From NCBI GenBank assembly GCA_028692545.1, contig JAQUXC010000001.1, positions 1,365-65,364 of the forward strand: 64,000 bases of DNA. The letters run 5' to 3'. The position numbers were made by a program, and so were the translations under genes. The notes beneath the pieces are model-generated. The model did no database searches. It had not been told where the DNA came from and saw only the letters and a list, made by a program, of their open reading frames with translations. This stretch comes from Patescibacteria group bacterium. GTDB taxonomy: Bacteria; Patescibacteriota; Patescibacteriia; UBA1558; S5-K13. Each line of letters starts with the position of its first letter. The first letter of the stretch is position 1. Shown piece by piece: positions 51,787 to 62,460 of this stretch.

Positions 51787-52819
51787 ATGTATATGAGAGT
51801 AAACAAAAATTTATTAAAAAAATTATATTTAGCATTTCTTGTATTATTTATTATTTCAGCGATATCAAAAAATGGCCCATTATTTTTTATTTTTATAATA
51901 ATATTATTAATTTATATATTTAATAAAACAAATTTTAAAAACATTATAAACAAAAATATGTCTGAAACAATAAATTTAGATGATTTAAAATTGAAGAAAA
52001 ATTTCAAGAAAATATCCACTATAATTATATTATTTGTCTTGTGTTTGTGGTTTTTCTTTTCTTCTATAATAATAATTGATGCAGGACAAACTGGTGTTTA
52101 TTCTCTTTTTGGTAAAGTAAGAGATTCTGAACTTAGGTCTGGTTTTCATCTTGTAATTCCACTTGCAAGAGTACATAAAATGAGTATAAGAACAGAGGAA
52201 TATACTATGAGTATAGCTGCAAAAGAAGGAAAAAGGGTAAATGATGATTCTATATTAGCTCTTACAAAAGAAGGGCTTAGCGTGGCACTTGATATTACTG
52301 CACTTTATAAATTGAATGAAGAATCAGCATCGGAAGTTTACAAAACATTGGGCTTGAATTATGAAGAAAAAATTATAAGACCGGAAATAAGAAGCTCTAT
52401 AAGAGAAGTCAAATTATGAGGCAAAAGATATTTATTCAGAAAAAAGGCAAGAAGCTGCAAAAGGAATTTTGGATAATCTGAAATCAAAATTAGAGCCACG
52501 TGGAATAACTGTAGAAGATTTGCTTCTTAGAAATATAAATCTTCCAGCAGATCTTGCTCAATCCATACAAGAAAAACTTCAGGCAGAACAAGAAGCTCAA
52601 AAGTATGACTTTTTATTAGACAAAGAGCGAAAAGAAAAAGAACGAAAAATAATTGAAGCAGAGGGTCAGCGTGATGCTCAGAAGATTATAAGTGATAGTC
52701 TTACAGAAAATTATTTGTATTATTCATATATAAACCAGTTAAAAGATAGACAGGGAACTATTTATGTTCCTACGAGTCCAAGTACAGGAATGCCATTATT
52801 TAGAAATTTAGGGGAATAA
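51787..52819 (+). pseudogene. SPFH/band-7 (prohibitin/HflKC-like) gene interrupted by a +1 frameshift near 52403-52419
   Basis: ORF 51787..52419 (N-terminal TM + SPFH core) and ORF 52469..52819 (frame +1, coiled-coil AEQEAQK region) together form one band-7 protein; frame 2 is open from 52403. Confidence 0.6.
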
Positions 52820-53047
52820 AATAAATTTTATTATAAAAAATAACCTAGTTTTAAAATTAGGTTATTTTTTGTTGATAAATATGTTGTATATATAATACAT
52901 AGATATCTTTTTATAATAGATGTTAATGAGCCATTAAGATTTTGTACTCCTCTTATTTTTTGTTATTATTGGGGCTTGATTTATTTTGATAAATATATTA
53001 TATTTACATTACTTTGTGACTAGTTTTGACAAAGTTTTGTTATAATA

Positions 53048-53132
53048 AACATGGTATGCCGCTATCGTCTAGTGGTTAGGACATCAGGTTTTCATCCTGG
53101 CAACCGGGGTTCGATTCCCCGTGGCGGTACCA
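53048..53132 (+). tRNA. tRNA-Glu (anticodon TTC), CCA encoded
   Basis: GCCGCTATCGTCTAGTGGTTAGGAC..., anticodon loop TTTTCAT. Confidence 0.75.
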
Positions 53133-53287
53133 CTCGCTTTGCGAGAATTTCAAATTTTAAATTCCAAAATTTGTTGTTTGGTGTTTGTAATTTGAAATTA
53201 ACTAATCGAGCTTAGCTCGACTAATACGTTTACTCGGTTCTCTGGTTTGTCCGACTAGTACTTGGTAAACGAAGAAAGGACTAACTT

Positions 53288-53659
53288 ATGTTAGACAAAA
53301 AAATAAAGGACGAAATTATCAAAAAGTTCAAGACACACAAGAATGACACAGGTTCTGCTGAGGTTCAGATTGCTATTTTAACCGAAGAGGTGAAGGAACT
53401 TACTGAGCATTTGAAGAAACACAAGAAAGATTTTTCTTCAAGAAGAGGTTTGATAAAAAAATTAAATCAAAGAAGAAAGCTTCTTAGATTTTTGGAACGT
53501 GATAATCAAGAAAGTTTTGGAAAATTAGTAAAAAAATTAAATTTAAAAATTACTAAAATTTCTGAAATGGCTCTTGAAGAAGAAGCAAAAATTGAAAAAG
53601 ATGTAGAACAGGAATTAGAAGGAGATTTAGGAGAAATTGACGAAGAGTTGGAAAAATAA
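53288..53659 (+). CDS. rpsO: 30S ribosomal protein S15 with acidic C-terminal extension
   Basis: TGSAEVQIAILTEEV..LTEHLKKHKKDFSSRRGL...RRKLL pattern; located directly upstream of pnp. Confidence 0.85.
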   Translation: MLDKKIKDEIIKKFKTHKNDTGSAEVQIAILTEEVKELTEHLKKHKKDFSSRRGLIKKLNQRRKLLRFLERDNQESFGKLVKKLNLKITKISEMALEEEAKIEKDVEQELEGDLGEIDEELEK

Positions 53660-53711
53660 TTTATCAATTAATTACAAGAAAATGTTTTTCAAAAAAAATA
53701 AAGAATATACA

Positions 53712-55931
53712 ATGGAATTTGCTGGGCGCAAATTGATAATAGAAGCACAAAAATATGCTCCTCAAGCCACAGCAAGTTGTCTTGTAAGATATGCTGATAC
53801 ATCTGTTCTTTCAACAGTTGTTCAAGGAGATCAAAGAGATGGTATCGATTATTTTCCTCTTACAGTTGATTATGATGAAAAAATGTATGCAGCAGGAAAA
53901 ATAAAAGGTTCTAAGTGGGTAAAAAGAGAAGGTAGGCCAACTGATGAGGCAGTTTTAACGGCCAGAGTAATAGATAGATCTATAAGACCACTTTTCAATG
54001 AAGAATCAAGAAAAGATTTGCAATTAGTTACAACTGTTTTGGAATATGATGGAGAAAATGATCCAACTTTTGTAGCTCTCTTGGGTGCATCAATATCACT
54101 TTCCATTTCTCCAATAGAATGGGCAGGTCCAGCTATTGGTTTCTTTGTAGGTAAAATAAATGGGGAATTGGTTTTGAATCCTACGGTTGAAGCAAGGAGC
54201 AAAAGTGATTTTGAAATTTTTGTTACCGGTACTCCATATGGTATTGATATGATAGAAGCAAGATGTAAAGAAGCAAGCGAAAAAGATATTATGGAAGCAA
54301 TAGAATTTGCAGACAAACATATCAAAAAACTTATTGCTTTTGTAGAAGATATAAAGAAAGACATAGGAGAAGAAAAAGTTTTGGAAGATTCAGGATTATC
54401 TGAAGAAGAAAAACAAGCAATAGATTTGGTAACAAGAAAAGTTGATGAATTTTTGGTTGATAAAAATGCAAATACAATATTCACTCCAGATAAAGTGCAA
54501 ACAGAAGCTAATATCAAAAAACTCATTGTAGATTTAGATGCAATACTAAAAGAAGACAATGAAGTGTCAAAAGAACTTCGAGCAAGAGGAGTAATGTTGC
54601 TTGATCAAAGACTTACTGAAAAAGCTAGAAATATGATTTTGGTTGATAAGGTAAGACCAGACGGAAGAAAGATAGATGAACTAAGAGAAATAAATTGTGA
54701 AGTTGGGATATTTAATCGTACTCATGGTACGGGATTATTCAAAAGAGGTCTTACTCATGTACTTTCAATTGTAACTCTTGGTTCGCCAGGTGATGAACAA
54801 ACATTAGATGGCATGGAAGTTGAGTACAAAAAAAGATATATGCATCACTATAATTTTCCTGGATTTTCTGTTGGACAAATTTCTCCAAATAGAGGAACTT
54901 CAAGAAGAGAAATAGGTCATGGTGCACTTGCTGAAAATGCACTTATTCCAGTTCTTCCAGACAAAGAAGATTTTCCATATACAATAAGAGTTGTTTCAGA
55001 AGTATTATCTTCAAATGGATCTTCATCTCAAGCATCTGTTTGTGGTTCTACGCTTGCTCTTATGCATGCTGGAGTTCCAATAAAAAGACCAGTTGCTGGA
55101 ATTGCTATGGGTCTTATCACAAGCAAAGATGAAAAAGATTATGTAGTTCTTACTGATATTCAAGGTGTAGAAGATCACAGTGGAGATATGGATTTCAAGG
55201 TTGCAGGAACTGAAGTTGGAATTACAGCTATTCAGCTTGATATAAAATTAAGAGGAATTAGTATAGAAGTATGTAGAGAAACTTTGGAAAAAGCAAAAAT
55301 TGCAAGACTTCAAATTTTGGAAATAATGAACAAAACAATTTCAGAACCAAATAAGGAATTGTCTCCATTTGCTCCTAGAATTATAAAGATAAATATTGAT
55401 CCAGAACAAGTAAGAGAAGTAATTGGTCCTGGCGGAAAAGTAATAAACAAAATTATTGATACTTATGATGTTCAAGTTGATATAGAACAAGACGGTACAA
55501 TATTTATAACTTCTACAAATCAAGAAAATGGTGAAAAAGCAGTCGAATTCATAAAAGGTATGACAAAAAAACTTCAAATAGGTGAAATTTACGATGGAGT
55601 TGTCACAAGAATTATTACTGATCAAAGAGGTGGAGAAGTAGGTGCTATTGTAGAAGTACTTCCTGGAAAAGATGGAATGGTTCATGTATCAGAATTCAAA
55701 TATGAAAGAGTAGAAAAAGTTTCTGATATTGTAAAAATTGGTGACAAAATCAAAGTAAAAGTTATCGATATAGATTCTGAGAAGGATAGAGTTTCTTTGT
55801 CAGCAAAAGCATTGTTAGAAAAACCAGCAAACTTTGATGAGAGTTTTCAAGAAAGACCTAGAAGAGATTTTGGAAATAAAGGTGGTTTTAATAATAGAAG
55901 ACCTAATGGTGACAATAGAAGAAGATTTTAA
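53712..55931 (+). CDS. pnp: Polynucleotide phosphorylase
   Basis: Two RNase PH domains, KH (VIGPGGKVINKI) and S1 domains; start at MEFAGRKL. Confidence 0.9.
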   Translation: MEFAGRKLIIEAQKYAPQATASCLVRYADTSVLSTVVQGDQRDGIDYFPLTVDYDEKMYAAGKIKGSKWVKREGRPTDEAVLTARVIDRSIRPLFNEESRKDLQLVTTVLEYDGENDPTFVALLGASISLSISPIEWAGPAIGFFVGKINGELVLNPTVEARSKSDFEIFVTGTPYGIDMIEARCKEASEKDIMEAIEFADKHIKKLIAFVEDIKKDIGEEKVLEDSGLSEEEKQAIDLVTRKVDEFLVDKNANTIFTPDKVQTEANIKKLIVDLDAILKEDNEVSKELRARGVMLLDQRLTEKARNMILVDKVRPDGRKIDELREINCEVGIFNRTHGTGLFKRGLTHVLSIVTLGSPGDEQTLDGMEVEYKKRYMHHYNFPGFSVGQISPNRGTSRREIGHGALAENALIPVLPDKEDFPYTIRVVSEVLSSNGSSSQASVCGSTLALMHAGVPIKRPVAGIAMGLITSKDEKDYVVLTDIQGVEDHSGDMDFKVAGTEVGITAIQLDIKLRGISIEVCRETLEKAKIARLQILEIMNKTISEPNKELSPFAPRIIKINIDPEQVREVIGPGGKVINKIIDTYDVQVDIEQDGTIFITSTNQENGEKAVEFIKGMTKKLQIGEIYDGVVTRIITDQRGGEVGAIVEVLPGKDGMVHVSEFKYERVEKVSDIVKIGDKIKVKVIDIDSEKDRVSLSAKALLEKPANFDESFQERPRRDFGNKGGFNNRRPNGDNRRRF

Positions 55932-55952
55932 TTAATCGTGAGATATATAAAA

Positions 55953-55989
55953 AAAATGCGGGCTTTGTATAGCTCGCATTTTTTGCTAA
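55953..55989 (+). terminator. Intrinsic terminator
   Basis: AATGCGGGCTTTGTATAGCTCGCATTTTTTG. Confidence 0.7.
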
Positions 55990-56002
55990 AATAGAAACTA
56001 TT

Positions 56003-57565
56003 ATGAGCTATAATTTTAATACGAATTTTAATCCAGAATTCAATTGGCAAAAAGAAGCCAAATTTAAACATAGAAAAAAAATAACAAAATTTTCTTTGAT
56101 ATTATTTTGTATTTTTGTTTTTATTTTTTTGATGCAAAAATATTATTTTATTTCTGACAAAAATATAACACTAAGTAGTATAATACCAGATGAATCAAAA
56201 GCAATTTTTCACATATCTAATTCTTCAAAAATATTTAATGTAGAAAAAAATAAGTCCATATTTTCTCAAAAAACAAAAGAAAAGTTATCTTATTATTTAA
56301 ATGATAATACAGAATTTACAGATTTATTTTTAAGAAGTATAGAAGATGGTTTTTATTGGATAGAGTATGATAATGATTCTCAGGCATTTTTGTTTAAAGT
56401 AAAAGATTTGTCTGATATAAAGAGTAAATTTTTAGAAACTTTTAAAAGTGTAGAAAATTATGATTATAGAAATAAAAAAATATATAAAACACAAGTAAAT
56501 TGGGAGAAAAATAAATTTTTACCAATTGAAAATAATTTTCTTTATATAAGTTATTTAAATAACTATACAATAAGTGTTTCAAATAGTTCAGATCTTATAA
56601 ATAAAATTATAGATAAATATCAAGATAATTTGAGATTTGATTATCTTAGTAGTATAAAAGATAAATTCAATAAGTATTTTGTGTATTATTCTGACATAGA
56701 TCTTAAGATAAATGATTATGAAGATATAGATAATTCAAAAAGTTGGTTGAAAGATATTTCTTTTATTATCAAAGATTCTACTGACAAGACATTTTTTATA
56801 AAATTAAATAATAGTTCAAAAATGTCAGAATTATCACTTAGTACATCTGAAAATATAGGTGATAAGTTGAAATTAGAAGAGGAAATAAAGGTTATATCAA
56901 AAATTTTCGGTGAAGATTTTTTATTTTATTATAATAGTATAAAATCTATATCGAACGTAAATAATACAAATTTGGGAAAAAACATAGATGATTACTTATC
57001 TGTTAATATAGGTGGTTTATATAATATAAACTTGAAAGAGGATATTTTAAATATAAAAAATCCTTATTTTTTCGTTTTGTACCCAAAAGATAAATTTGTT
57101 TTGATGGCTAATGATTTTGATTCAATATCGAATATATATAGAAAGATGTTGGCTCACTACAAACCATTAGAAAGGCAAATGTTTCTTCCTGACGGTAGCA
57201 GAGTGACGGAGTATTATATGAATGCAAATTCTATTGATTTGAAGATGTATCAAGATGGTGATTTAGTTTGGTATTATGATGATTTACCAAGTATACCTAG
57301 TTTTGATATGGTAAAATGTGCAAATCGTTATATATTATCTAATTCTAAAAATTATATTTATAAATTCTGTCAAAATGGTTCAGAAATTGATCCAGATTTA
57401 GGTTTTATAAATGAGATATTTATATCAAATATTGATAATTTGGATAATAAATCAAATATATTACCATTTACAGAGTTATTTAATATAAAATTGAAAAATA
57501 TAAATTTTATTGATTTTGGTAAAAAAAATAATGATGTTCAAATGATTTTTCAGTTTATTTATTGA
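56003..57565 (+). CDS. Hypothetical protein with N-terminal TM anchor (520 aa)
   Basis: Long AT-rich ORF; no motifs recognised. Confidence 0.5.
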   Translation: MSYNFNTNFNPEFNWQKEAKFKHRKKITKFSLILFCIFVFIFLMQKYYFISDKNITLSSIIPDESKAIFHISNSSKIFNVEKNKSIFSQKTKEKLSYYLNDNTEFTDLFLRSIEDGFYWIEYDNDSQAFLFKVKDLSDIKSKFLETFKSVENYDYRNKKIYKTQVNWEKNKFLPIENNFLYISYLNNYTISVSNSSDLINKIIDKYQDNLRFDYLSSIKDKFNKYFVYYSDIDLKINDYEDIDNSKSWLKDISFIIKDSTDKTFFIKLNNSSKMSELSLSTSENIGDKLKLEEEIKVISKIFGEDFLFYYNSIKSISNVNNTNLGKNIDDYLSVNIGGLYNINLKEDILNIKNPYFFVLYPKDKFVLMANDFDSISNIYRKMLAHYKPLERQMFLPDGSRVTEYYMNANSIDLKMYQDGDLVWYYDDLPSIPSFDMVKCANRYILSNSKNYIYKFCQNGSEIDPDLGFINEIFISNIDNLDNKSNILPFTELFNIKLKNINFIDFGKKNNDVQMIFQFIY

Positions 57566-57779
57566 AAATTTGCCCTGTGGATAAACTGTTGATATTTATT
57601 AAGATATAAATTTTACTTTATGTCTAATTTATTTTTTAATAAAATATGATTTTGTTTTTTTGGCTTAAATAAGCCATAATATTAGATTGACTTTTTTGGT
57701 TTTACATGATATACTTATATTATAATAGTACATTATCAATTATTAACTTGATAAATCCCACCCACTAAACCCTAAAACA

Positions 57780-58140
57780 AAAATAAAAAAAGTTTAAAAG
57801 CAGAGTTCCTACCAGGAAAATAAAAACAAAAGGTGAGAACTTAGCAACAATCAAGCCTGAAAGCTTGAAAAAACAAAAAAAGTGAGGGATAAAAGAAAAA
57901 ATAAAGGGTGAGAAAATTAGGTTAATTATTATAAAATGTCTCGAAGGGAATTTCCTGCTTCTAATTAGTTGGAAATAGAAATCTCCCTTTGAGATGTAAA
58001 GCTCTCTGGACGGTGATTTACTCGATGTTTTTTAAAACATTGAATGAATTCTGTAAGAGAGTGAAAAGTACCTCTCTTGCATTCGTCTCGAATAAAAACA
58101 TAAAGGACGTTATAAGCACAGAGGGGTCTTTTTTTATTTT
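57780..58140 (+). ncRNA. Candidate structured non-coding RNA (A-rich GGTGAG repeats, long hairpin, T-run end)
   Basis: Three AAA(A/G)GGTGAG(A/G)A repeats, ~25-bp imperfect hairpin 57935-57995, GC hairpin + T9 at ~58120-58140; no ORF. Confidence 0.3.
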
Positions 58141-58210
58141 AGTAAATTTGACATTATATTTTGAATATATTATTATATTGAATTATTACATTAATATACT
58201 GGAGGTTAAA

Positions 58211-58714
58211 ATGAAATTGAAGTCGGGAGAAGCTGTCTTTGACAGGCCGAATAGTCATTTTCACGATAATGATGCTGATTTTTCAAGAGCTCTTGGTCAA
58301 GCACTTACCTATGTAGAAAGTGCTGGGAGAGAGTTTATTGAAGAAGAGGTTTATCTTGGGAGATTTATAGGACAATCAACTTGCGTTTCTACTGATGCCA
58401 ATGATGAAATCATATATGCTCAGAGAACTGGTAGGACTGGTTTGACAAGATTTGTCAAAAACCATTTACCCGAAGACTGCAACTATATGGTTTTGGTTTT
58501 GAAAAAAGCCAAGAAAGGCGATGGGTATATTCTTATAACAGCTTTTATAGGGCGTCTTTCTTTTCCCGAGCCTTGGGATGAAAATGCTTTCTCCAAGCAT
58601 GAAGACCCAGATAGAGCTCGAAAAGACTCAATCGATTTTTGGTCTTCTCATGCCTTGATCTGGGAAACGGAAGAAATAATCCCAGGGACTGAAACTTTGA
58701 TTTGTCCTTGGTAA
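58211..58714 (+). CDS. Hypothetical protein (168 aa, GC-elevated)
   Basis: SD GGAGG 7 nt upstream; TTGACA-17-TATTAT promoter at ~58148-58177. Confidence 0.5.
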   Translation: MKLKSGEAVFDRPNSHFHDNDADFSRALGQALTYVESAGREFIEEEVYLGRFIGQSTCVSTDANDEIIYAQRTGRTGLTRFVKNHLPEDCNYMVLVLKKAKKGDGYILITAFIGRLSFPEPWDENAFSKHEDPDRARKDSIDFWSSHALIWETEEIIPGTETLICPW

Positions 58715-58779
58715 AGTATTTTAACTTTTAATAGTGCAGGGGAGTTGTAATGACTCCCTTGTTTTTTATTTGAAAAATT

Positions 58780-60132
58780 TTAGAGTTGAATTTTTTCCAA
58801 TTTATGAAGTTTGTTCTTTGTATATAAAAAAGTAAATATTGCAGCAGACCAATTTATAAAAAATATAGCCCACCATATTGATTTTATTTGAAGTTTAAAA
58901 ATATTTGTGAGTACATAAAATATTGTTATGGGCATAAGTATTTGTCTGTATAAGCCCACATATATGCCATATAAAGGTTTTTTTATTCCCTGAAGAATTG
59001 ATATGCAAATGTTTAGTATCGTATATGTAATATAAAATAACACAGATATTCTAAGATAAGTTGTTCCTATATTTATAACATTTTGATCCTTTGTAAAAAA
59101 CATCATTAATTGACGAGAAAACGAAAATACAAATAATGCTCCTACAATAGTCACGATGATTCCATACCTCAAGCCTTTTTTAAAAATTTCTTTTAATCTG
59201 TCGTATCTTTTTGCTCCATTGTTTTGACCTGATAGTGTAAGAACGGCAATATTTAATCCAATAGCTGGGAGTATTGCAATTTGTTCCATTCTTGTAGCTA
59301 TTCCATATGCTGCAACAGAATCTTTACCAAATGCACTGACAAAATAAGTTATTACAAAAACTCCTATTGCAACAGACATCATACTTAAGCTTGCAGGAAA
59401 ACCTTGTTTTATAATATCAATATAATATTTTTTATTAGGTATTAAATTTTTCAAATGAATATGTTTGAAATCCTTCTCTGTTATAACTTTTCTGAGTAAA
59501 AGTAGGAATTCGATAAAATGAATAAGTATTGTGGCAAGAGCTACTCCTGCAAGCCCCATTTTTGGAAAGCCAAACCATCCAAACATAAACCATGGATCTA
59601 ATAATAAATTTAATAAAAATCCAATTATTATAAGATTTCTAAAGGTTTTTGTATCTCCTTCTGCTATTAATATTCCATTTAAAACATTTGTTAATAAAAA
59701 GAAAATTGTTCCATAAAAAATTATATTAGTATAACTTAGTGTCATTTTTAGATAGTCACTATTTGCTCCTAAAATTTTAAAAAGTGATGGCGCAGCAAAA
59801 AGTCCTAGTATAGTGAGAAATATTGAAAATATTATTGCAAATGAGATTGCCTGGCAACCATATTTTTCCGCCTTTTCTTTTTCTTTTTCACCAAGTGAAT
59901 TTGTGATAAGTGCTGTTGCACCATTTGATATACCAGATCCCATAGCAAGAATTAAAAAAAATATAGGAAATGATAGTGACATTGCAGCGAGTGCTTCAGT
60001 TGAAATCATACCTCCATAATAAGTATCTACAACGTTGTACATTGTATTGAAAAAGAAGCCGACGCTTGCCGGAATTGCAATTTGACCAATAAGTTTTGGA
60101 ATTGGTTCTGTAATTAATTTGTTTTCCTTCAT
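58780..60132 (-). CDS. MATE family efflux transporter
   Basis: 12 TM, N-terminal IAIPASVGFFFNTMYNVVDTYYGG pattern of NorM/MATE. Confidence 0.8.
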   Translation of the reverse strand: MKENKLITEPIPKLIGQIAIPASVGFFFNTMYNVVDTYYGGMISTEALAAMSLSFPIFFLILAMGSGISNGATALITNSLGEKEKEKAEKYGCQAISFAIIFSIFLTILGLFAAPSLFKILGANSDYLKMTLSYTNIIFYGTIFFLLTNVLNGILIAEGDTKTFRNLIIIGFLLNLLLDPWFMFGWFGFPKMGLAGVALATILIHFIEFLLLLRKVITEKDFKHIHLKNLIPNKKYYIDIIKQGFPASLSMMSVAIGVFVITYFVSAFGKDSVAAYGIATRMEQIAILPAIGLNIAVLTLSGQNNGAKRYDRLKEIFKKGLRYGIIVTIVGALFVFSFSRQLMMFFTKDQNVINIGTTYLRISVLFYITYTILNICISILQGIKKPLYGIYVGLYRQILMPITIFYVLTNIFKLQIKSIWWAIFFINWSAAIFTFLYTKNKLHKLEKIQL

Positions 60133-60920
60133 TTTATTTCTATTCCTATTGGCGCATGATCAGATCCTTGTATTTGATCTAATATATAAGCACTTTTTAT
60201 ATTTTTCATAAATTTTTTTGACACACAAAAATAATCAATACGCCAGCCAACATTTCTTACTCTTGCACCAGCTCTAAAACTCCACCAAGAATATTGAATT
60301 TTTGTAGGATTTAATTTTCTAAAAGTATCTACAAATCCGTATTCCAAAAATTTAGTCATCCAATTTCTTTCTTCATATGTAAAACCTGCATTTCCATTGT
60401 TTTCCTTTGGTCTTGCAATATCAATTTCCTCGTGTGCTACATTGTAATCGCCACAAATGATTACTGGCTTCTTTTTTTCTAATAATTTTATATGTAACAA
60501 AAGTTTGTTGTTGAATTTTATTTTGTAATCAAGACGAGCCAAGTCATCTTTTGAATTTGGAAAATATACATTTATCAAATAAAACTTTTTTAATTCTAAT
60601 ATCTGTACTCTTCCTTCATCATGAGTATATATTTTTTTTGAAATAACTTCTTTTTTTAAAGAATTTTTTATCAACATCATTGTACCGCTATAACCAGGTC
60701 GTTTTGCGCTATTCCAAAATTCATCATAATTTTTGAAATCAAAGGACTCTTTGTTTTTTGCATTATCATCTATTTTTATTTCTTGTAAACATAAAATATC
60801 AGGATTTTGTTTTTTTAAAAAATCAAGGAAGCCTTTTTTCATCATTGCTCTTATTCCATTTATATTCCAAGAAAGTATTTTTAACCTGCTAGATAATTTT
60901 TTGACATTATTTTTGGTCAT
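60129..60920 (-). CDS. xth: Exodeoxyribonuclease III (Xth/APE family)
   Basis: LKILSWNINGIRA, LQEIK, PD..SDHAPI motifs. Confidence 0.85.
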   Translation of the reverse strand: MTKNNVKKLSSRLKILSWNINGIRAMMKKGFLDFLKKQNPDILCLQEIKIDDNAKNKESFDFKNYDEFWNSAKRPGYSGTMMLIKNSLKKEVISKKIYTHDEGRVQILELKKFYLINVYFPNSKDDLARLDYKIKFNNKLLLHIKLLEKKKPVIICGDYNVAHEEIDIARPKENNGNAGFTYEERNWMTKFLEYGFVDTFRKLNPTKIQYSWWSFRAGARVRNVGWRIDYFCVSKKFMKNIKSAYILDQIQGSDHAPIGIEIK

Positions 60921-61115
60921 ACTAAAATATATAATTAATATCTTCAAGAAAATCAAAAAGATTTTTCTGTTTATTAACCCATTAGATAATTTATCTAACG
61001 GGCTTCATGAAATTATTATAACATTCCGCCCCCATGGTTGCCACCCCTAGCATTGCTTTTATTGATTATATATTATAAGATTTCGACATTAAAAAGAATT
61101 AAGGAGGAAACAGAA

Positions 61116-62333
61116 ATGTTTTCAAGAGAACGTTTAATGGCAATGGCTAGGTGCCTAATTTGGGGTCTTAAAACAGCAAGAAAAGCAGACTTCAAACGAG
61201 GAGACGTAGTTGTCGTTGGGTTTTGCAGGCTTTATATTGAGCTTGCAGCAAATGTTCAGAGCTTACTTATTAAGGAAGGAATTCATGTTATCCCTGAAAT
61301 GATGATGACACCAGAAATGGAACTGAATCTATATTCTTTGGGTGATAATGATCAACTTCAATTCCTTCCGCAGTGGCTCCTGAATAAGCAAGAAAATCTT
61401 AATGGCATGATCATGATTCTGGCCTATGAAAATTTGAATCATCTCAAGGATTTGGAACCAACAAAAATGGCACTCGCTCAGAAAAGCAAAAAACCACTTC
61501 TTGATATTCGCAATCAACGTGAAAGGAGTGGTGATTTTGGATGGACTTTATGCGTGATGCCAACTGAGGCACTTGCTGAAGAGGCTGGAATGAGCCTTGA
61601 AGAATATGAGGAAGAAGTTGCCAAAATTTGTCACCTTGATGATGATCCGGTTGTTTTTTGGAAAAATCTTCACAATGAGGCAATGGAAGTAAAAAGATAT
61701 CTTAATTCCTTGGATGTTGATTATTTCCATGTGGTCTCAGATTCGGGCAAAACAGATTTGAAGGTCTATCCTGGAGAATCCAGACAATGGATTGGTGTGT
61801 CCGGTCATAATATTCCCAGCTTCGAAATTTATACATCACCTGATTGCTATAAAACCGAAGGCACATTCTTTGCCAATAATACAATGTTTAAAGATGGTAA
61901 TCGTGTGACAGATGTTAACCTTGAATTCAAGGATGGTAGAGTGGTAAGCTGTTCTGCTAAAGAAGGTGAAGAATTCCTAAAAAAACAGGTCAGCATGGAT
62001 GATACCTCCGATATGCTTGGTGAGTTTTCTCTTACTGATGCAAATGCCTCATCTATAACGCGATTTATGGCGAGTACCTTGTATGATGAGAATGTCGGTG
62101 GAGAGTTTGGTAACTGCCATGTGGCGATTGGTAGAGGTTTTGGTGATTCATATTGCGGAAACAAAGAATGGACCCCAGACCTTATGAAGCAAATAGGAAT
62201 CAATTCATCAGCTCAGCACTGGGATTTGATTTCAACCGAGAAAAAAATCGTCACTGCTCATCTCAAAGATGGGCATGAGATTGTTATTTACAAAGATGGT
62301 AGTTTCATTATTCCGGAACCGGTTGGATGTTAA
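61116..62333 (+). CDS. Aminopeptidase, M29 (AmpS/PepS) family
   Basis: SD AAGGAGG upstream; conserved blocks GEFSLTDANAS...LYDENVGGEFGNCHVAIG typical of M29. Confidence 0.6.
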   Translation: MFSRERLMAMARCLIWGLKTARKADFKRGDVVVVGFCRLYIELAANVQSLLIKEGIHVIPEMMMTPEMELNLYSLGDNDQLQFLPQWLLNKQENLNGMIMILAYENLNHLKDLEPTKMALAQKSKKPLLDIRNQRERSGDFGWTLCVMPTEALAEEAGMSLEEYEEEVAKICHLDDDPVVFWKNLHNEAMEVKRYLNSLDVDYFHVVSDSGKTDLKVYPGESRQWIGVSGHNIPSFEIYTSPDCYKTEGTFFANNTMFKDGNRVTDVNLEFKDGRVVSCSAKEGEEFLKKQVSMDDTSDMLGEFSLTDANASSITRFMASTLYDENVGGEFGNCHVAIGRGFGDSYCGNKEWTPDLMKQIGINSSAQHWDLISTEKKIVTAHLKDGHEIVIYKDGSFIIPEPVGC

Positions 62334-62382
62334 ATTGCAATATTTCATTATCGAATCGGTGGCCCTTTGGGTCGCCGATTTT

Positions 62383-62440
62383 TTATTACTTGTTGACAAC
62401 TTAGTTGACAACTTTTTGATATGGGTGTATACTAAAGTTG
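62383..62440 (+). promoter_or_regulatory. Promoter (TTGACA-17-TATACT) overlapped by two GTTGACAAC palindromes (putative repressor operators)
   Basis: acttGTTGACAACttaGTTGACAAC; third related site GTTGTAAACAAT at 62437-62448. Confidence 0.5.
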
Positions 62441-62460
62441 TAAACAATAAATTTTGTGAT

